64,000 nt of DNA from a virus (Duplodnaviria; Heunggongvirae; Uroviricota; Caudoviricetes), in IMG/VR virus record IMGVR_UViG_3300022821_000011, positions 13,134 to 77,133 of that record; one strand, written 5' to 3'. Shown here piece after piece: positions 62,520 through 64,000 of this stretch (position 1 is its first letter; the number at the start of each line of letters is the position of its first letter). A program made the position numbers and the translations under genes. A model generated the notes under the pieces. It was not told where the DNA came from and searched no databases. It worked only from the letters and a program-made list of their open reading frames with translations.

Positions 62520-63047
62520 CTTATTTAGTTATCTTTAATAATGTATCACCAATTAATTCTTTTTTTGAAAAAAATTGAACACTCCAATCATAATAAAATT
62601 CTCTTCCACGATAATCATGAATAAAGATCAATGGATTCTTTTTTGTAGATTTTATAAAAATTGTAGCTAATGTAGCAGCCCTAGCTATACCATCTACAAA
62701 AACAAATCAGAATCCCATATATCAAATTTAGGATTTATATAATGATCTAAACCGCAAGCCATTTCTTCGTTTGGAGTTGCAAATTTATAAAAATCAATAT
62801 CAACATTTAATTTAAACATTGTATATGAATAGTTCTTTTTTGGTTGTTCTTTTAATTTTTTGCTAACAATAGAATACCATTCTGGATTATGCTCTATTGA
62901 ATATAAAAATTGGGTGTCTTTAAGTTGTTTTAAAAACCATAAAGTAGACCCACCAGATCCCCATTCGACTATTTTAGCATTATCAGGAAGCGCTTTTAAA
63001 GAATTTTCTAAATAATCTAATTCATTGTTTCTCATCAATGGAATCAA
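62520..63047 (-). pseudogene. Class I SAM-dependent methyltransferase-like gene interrupted by a frameshift near the T-run at about 62700
   Basis: ORF 62694..63047 carries VEWGSGGSTLWF (motif I). The alternate frame continues ...DGIARAATLATIFIK...IFIHDYRG. Confidence 0.4.
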
Positions 63048-63095
63048 TGGCGTTTGTTTTTTATCAAGTAAATATGTATTAATTAAAATCCTTAT

Positions 63096-63947
63096 TTATT
63101 TAAGGTCAATACTTTTTTCTTCAAATTGAGCTACAAAAGGTATAGTTTTAAGTTTTCCTTTTCTCATAACTTCAACCCAAAATACTTCATCTTTTTCTAA
63201 CATAGAAAGATTAATCAATACATCAGTCATATTAAGTATTTTTCCGTTTGTAGCAGAAGAATATGATGATATAATTCTAACTAATCTATCACCTTTTTCA
63301 AGTCCATATATACTAGCAGGACTTTCTGGCATGATATTAAGAACATATAAATCACCATCTTCTTTTTCTTTAAGAGAAATACCAAGCTTAAACCAGTATA
63401 CTGAGTTAAATTTTGTAAGTTGTCTAATTACTTTTTGAACAAAATCTCCAGTTAAAGAAAAACCATATGATCCTCCAGGTCTAGCCAGCATTCTTGAATT
63501 CATACCAATCACACGCCCATTATAATCTAGTAATGGACCGCCAGAATTACCCTGATAAATTTTAGCATCTACCTGAATAAAATACTGTGGTGTTTGATCA
63601 ATTCGTCTATTTAAAGCAGATATAATTCCTCTAGATACAGAATATTCAAGACCCCATGGATGGCCAAAAGCCCAAATTCTTTGTCCTAATTTTAAATTTT
63701 CTGATGGAGAAAAAAATAGCTTTTTCCACTTTTCTTCATTTTTATATAAATTCCATTCATTAATAGCAACAATAGCTATATCACTTGAAATATCGCTTGC
63801 AATAACCTTTGCTTTATATTTTTTATTTGATTTACTATTTTTAACATAAATAAAAGTAGCACCATTAACAACATGCTCATTTGTAATTATAACATTATTA
63901 TCAATGAAAAATCCAGTTCCTAATCCTCTGGCTTCTTTATCTCCCAC
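63096..63947 (-). CDS. HtrA/DegP-like trypsin-fold serine protease with a C-terminal PDZ domain
   Basis: Catalytic TNEHVV (His), GNSGGPL (Ser) and a PDZ-like C-terminus. Confidence 0.75.
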   Translation of the reverse strand: MGDKEARGLGTGFFIDNNVIITNEHVVNGATFIYVKNSKSNKKYKAKVIASDISSDIAIVAINEWNLYKNEEKWKKLFFSPSENLKLGQRIWAFGHPWGLEYSVSRGIISALNRRIDQTPQYFIQVDAKIYQGNSGGPLLDYNGRVIGMNSRMLARPGGSYGFSLTGDFVQKVIRQLTKFNSVYWFKLGISLKEKEDGDLYVLNIMPESPASIYGLEKGDRLVRIISSYSSATNGKILNMTDVLINLSMLEKDEVFWVEVMRKGKLKTIPFVAQFEEKSIDLK

Positions 63948-64000
63948 AGTTTTTGTGGAATATACTACAACAACGCCATCAATAGTTTCTTCGACTATAT

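Overview
This window looks like part of a low-GC T4-like (Straboviridae-type) myovirus genome. Nearly all genes are on the minus strand, and Shine-Dalgarno sites are clear. Recognisable T4 replication and nucleotide-metabolism genes are present: the gp43 DNA polymerase, RegA, the gp44/gp62 clamp loader, the gp45 clamp, the gp41 helicase, UvsX, DexA, gp42 dCMP hydroxymethylase, dCMP deaminase and a gp56-like MazG pyrophosphatase. The hydroxymethylase implies hmC-containing DNA. The left third (about 1-24.2 kb) is an accessory region dominated by a very large minus-strand tRNA array of about 30 tRNA or tRNA-like genes. That region also holds a plus-strand SegB-like GIY-YIG homing endonuclease, a ClpA-like AAA+ chaperone, an RlpA-like protein, and many small hypothetical ORFs. 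Each transcription unit is headed by a near-perfect sigma70-type promoter (TTGACA-17-TATAAT on the minus strand, which reads ...ATGTCAAC... on the plus strand).

Several things stand out:
1. A Ro60-like (TROVE + vWA) protein gene sits immediately downstream of two circularly permuted tRNA-like modules. Their order is T-arm, acceptor stem closed by a loop, then D-arm. This architecture matches bacterial YrlA-type Y RNAs.
2. A two-piece (permuted) tmRNA gene carries an alpha-proteobacterial-style tag, ANDNFAPLALAA.
3. The uvsX gene is fractured. It is split by a split intein, with a free-standing GIY-YIG homing endonuclease gene between the intein halves.
4. The slot where T4 carries genes 46/47/alpha-gt, between gp45 and gp42, holds a roughly 9 kb cluster. 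It contains a myo-inositol-1-phosphate synthase homologue, a HAD phosphatase, a C5-cytosine-methyltransferase-like protein, a GT-A-like glycosyltransferase, a vWA protein and two large unknown proteins. This is a candidate novel DNA hypermodification or cyclitol pathway.
5. A conserved hairpin element of about 64 nt sits at the 3' end of four tRNA or tRNA-like genes.
6. Two paralogous arrays of 12-bp tandem repeats encode (xNQV)n tetrapeptide-repeat mini-ORFs.
7. An NadV plus NadM-Nudix NAD+ salvage pair is present.

All calls were made by reading the sequence and ORF translations by eye. No database searches or folding programs were run.
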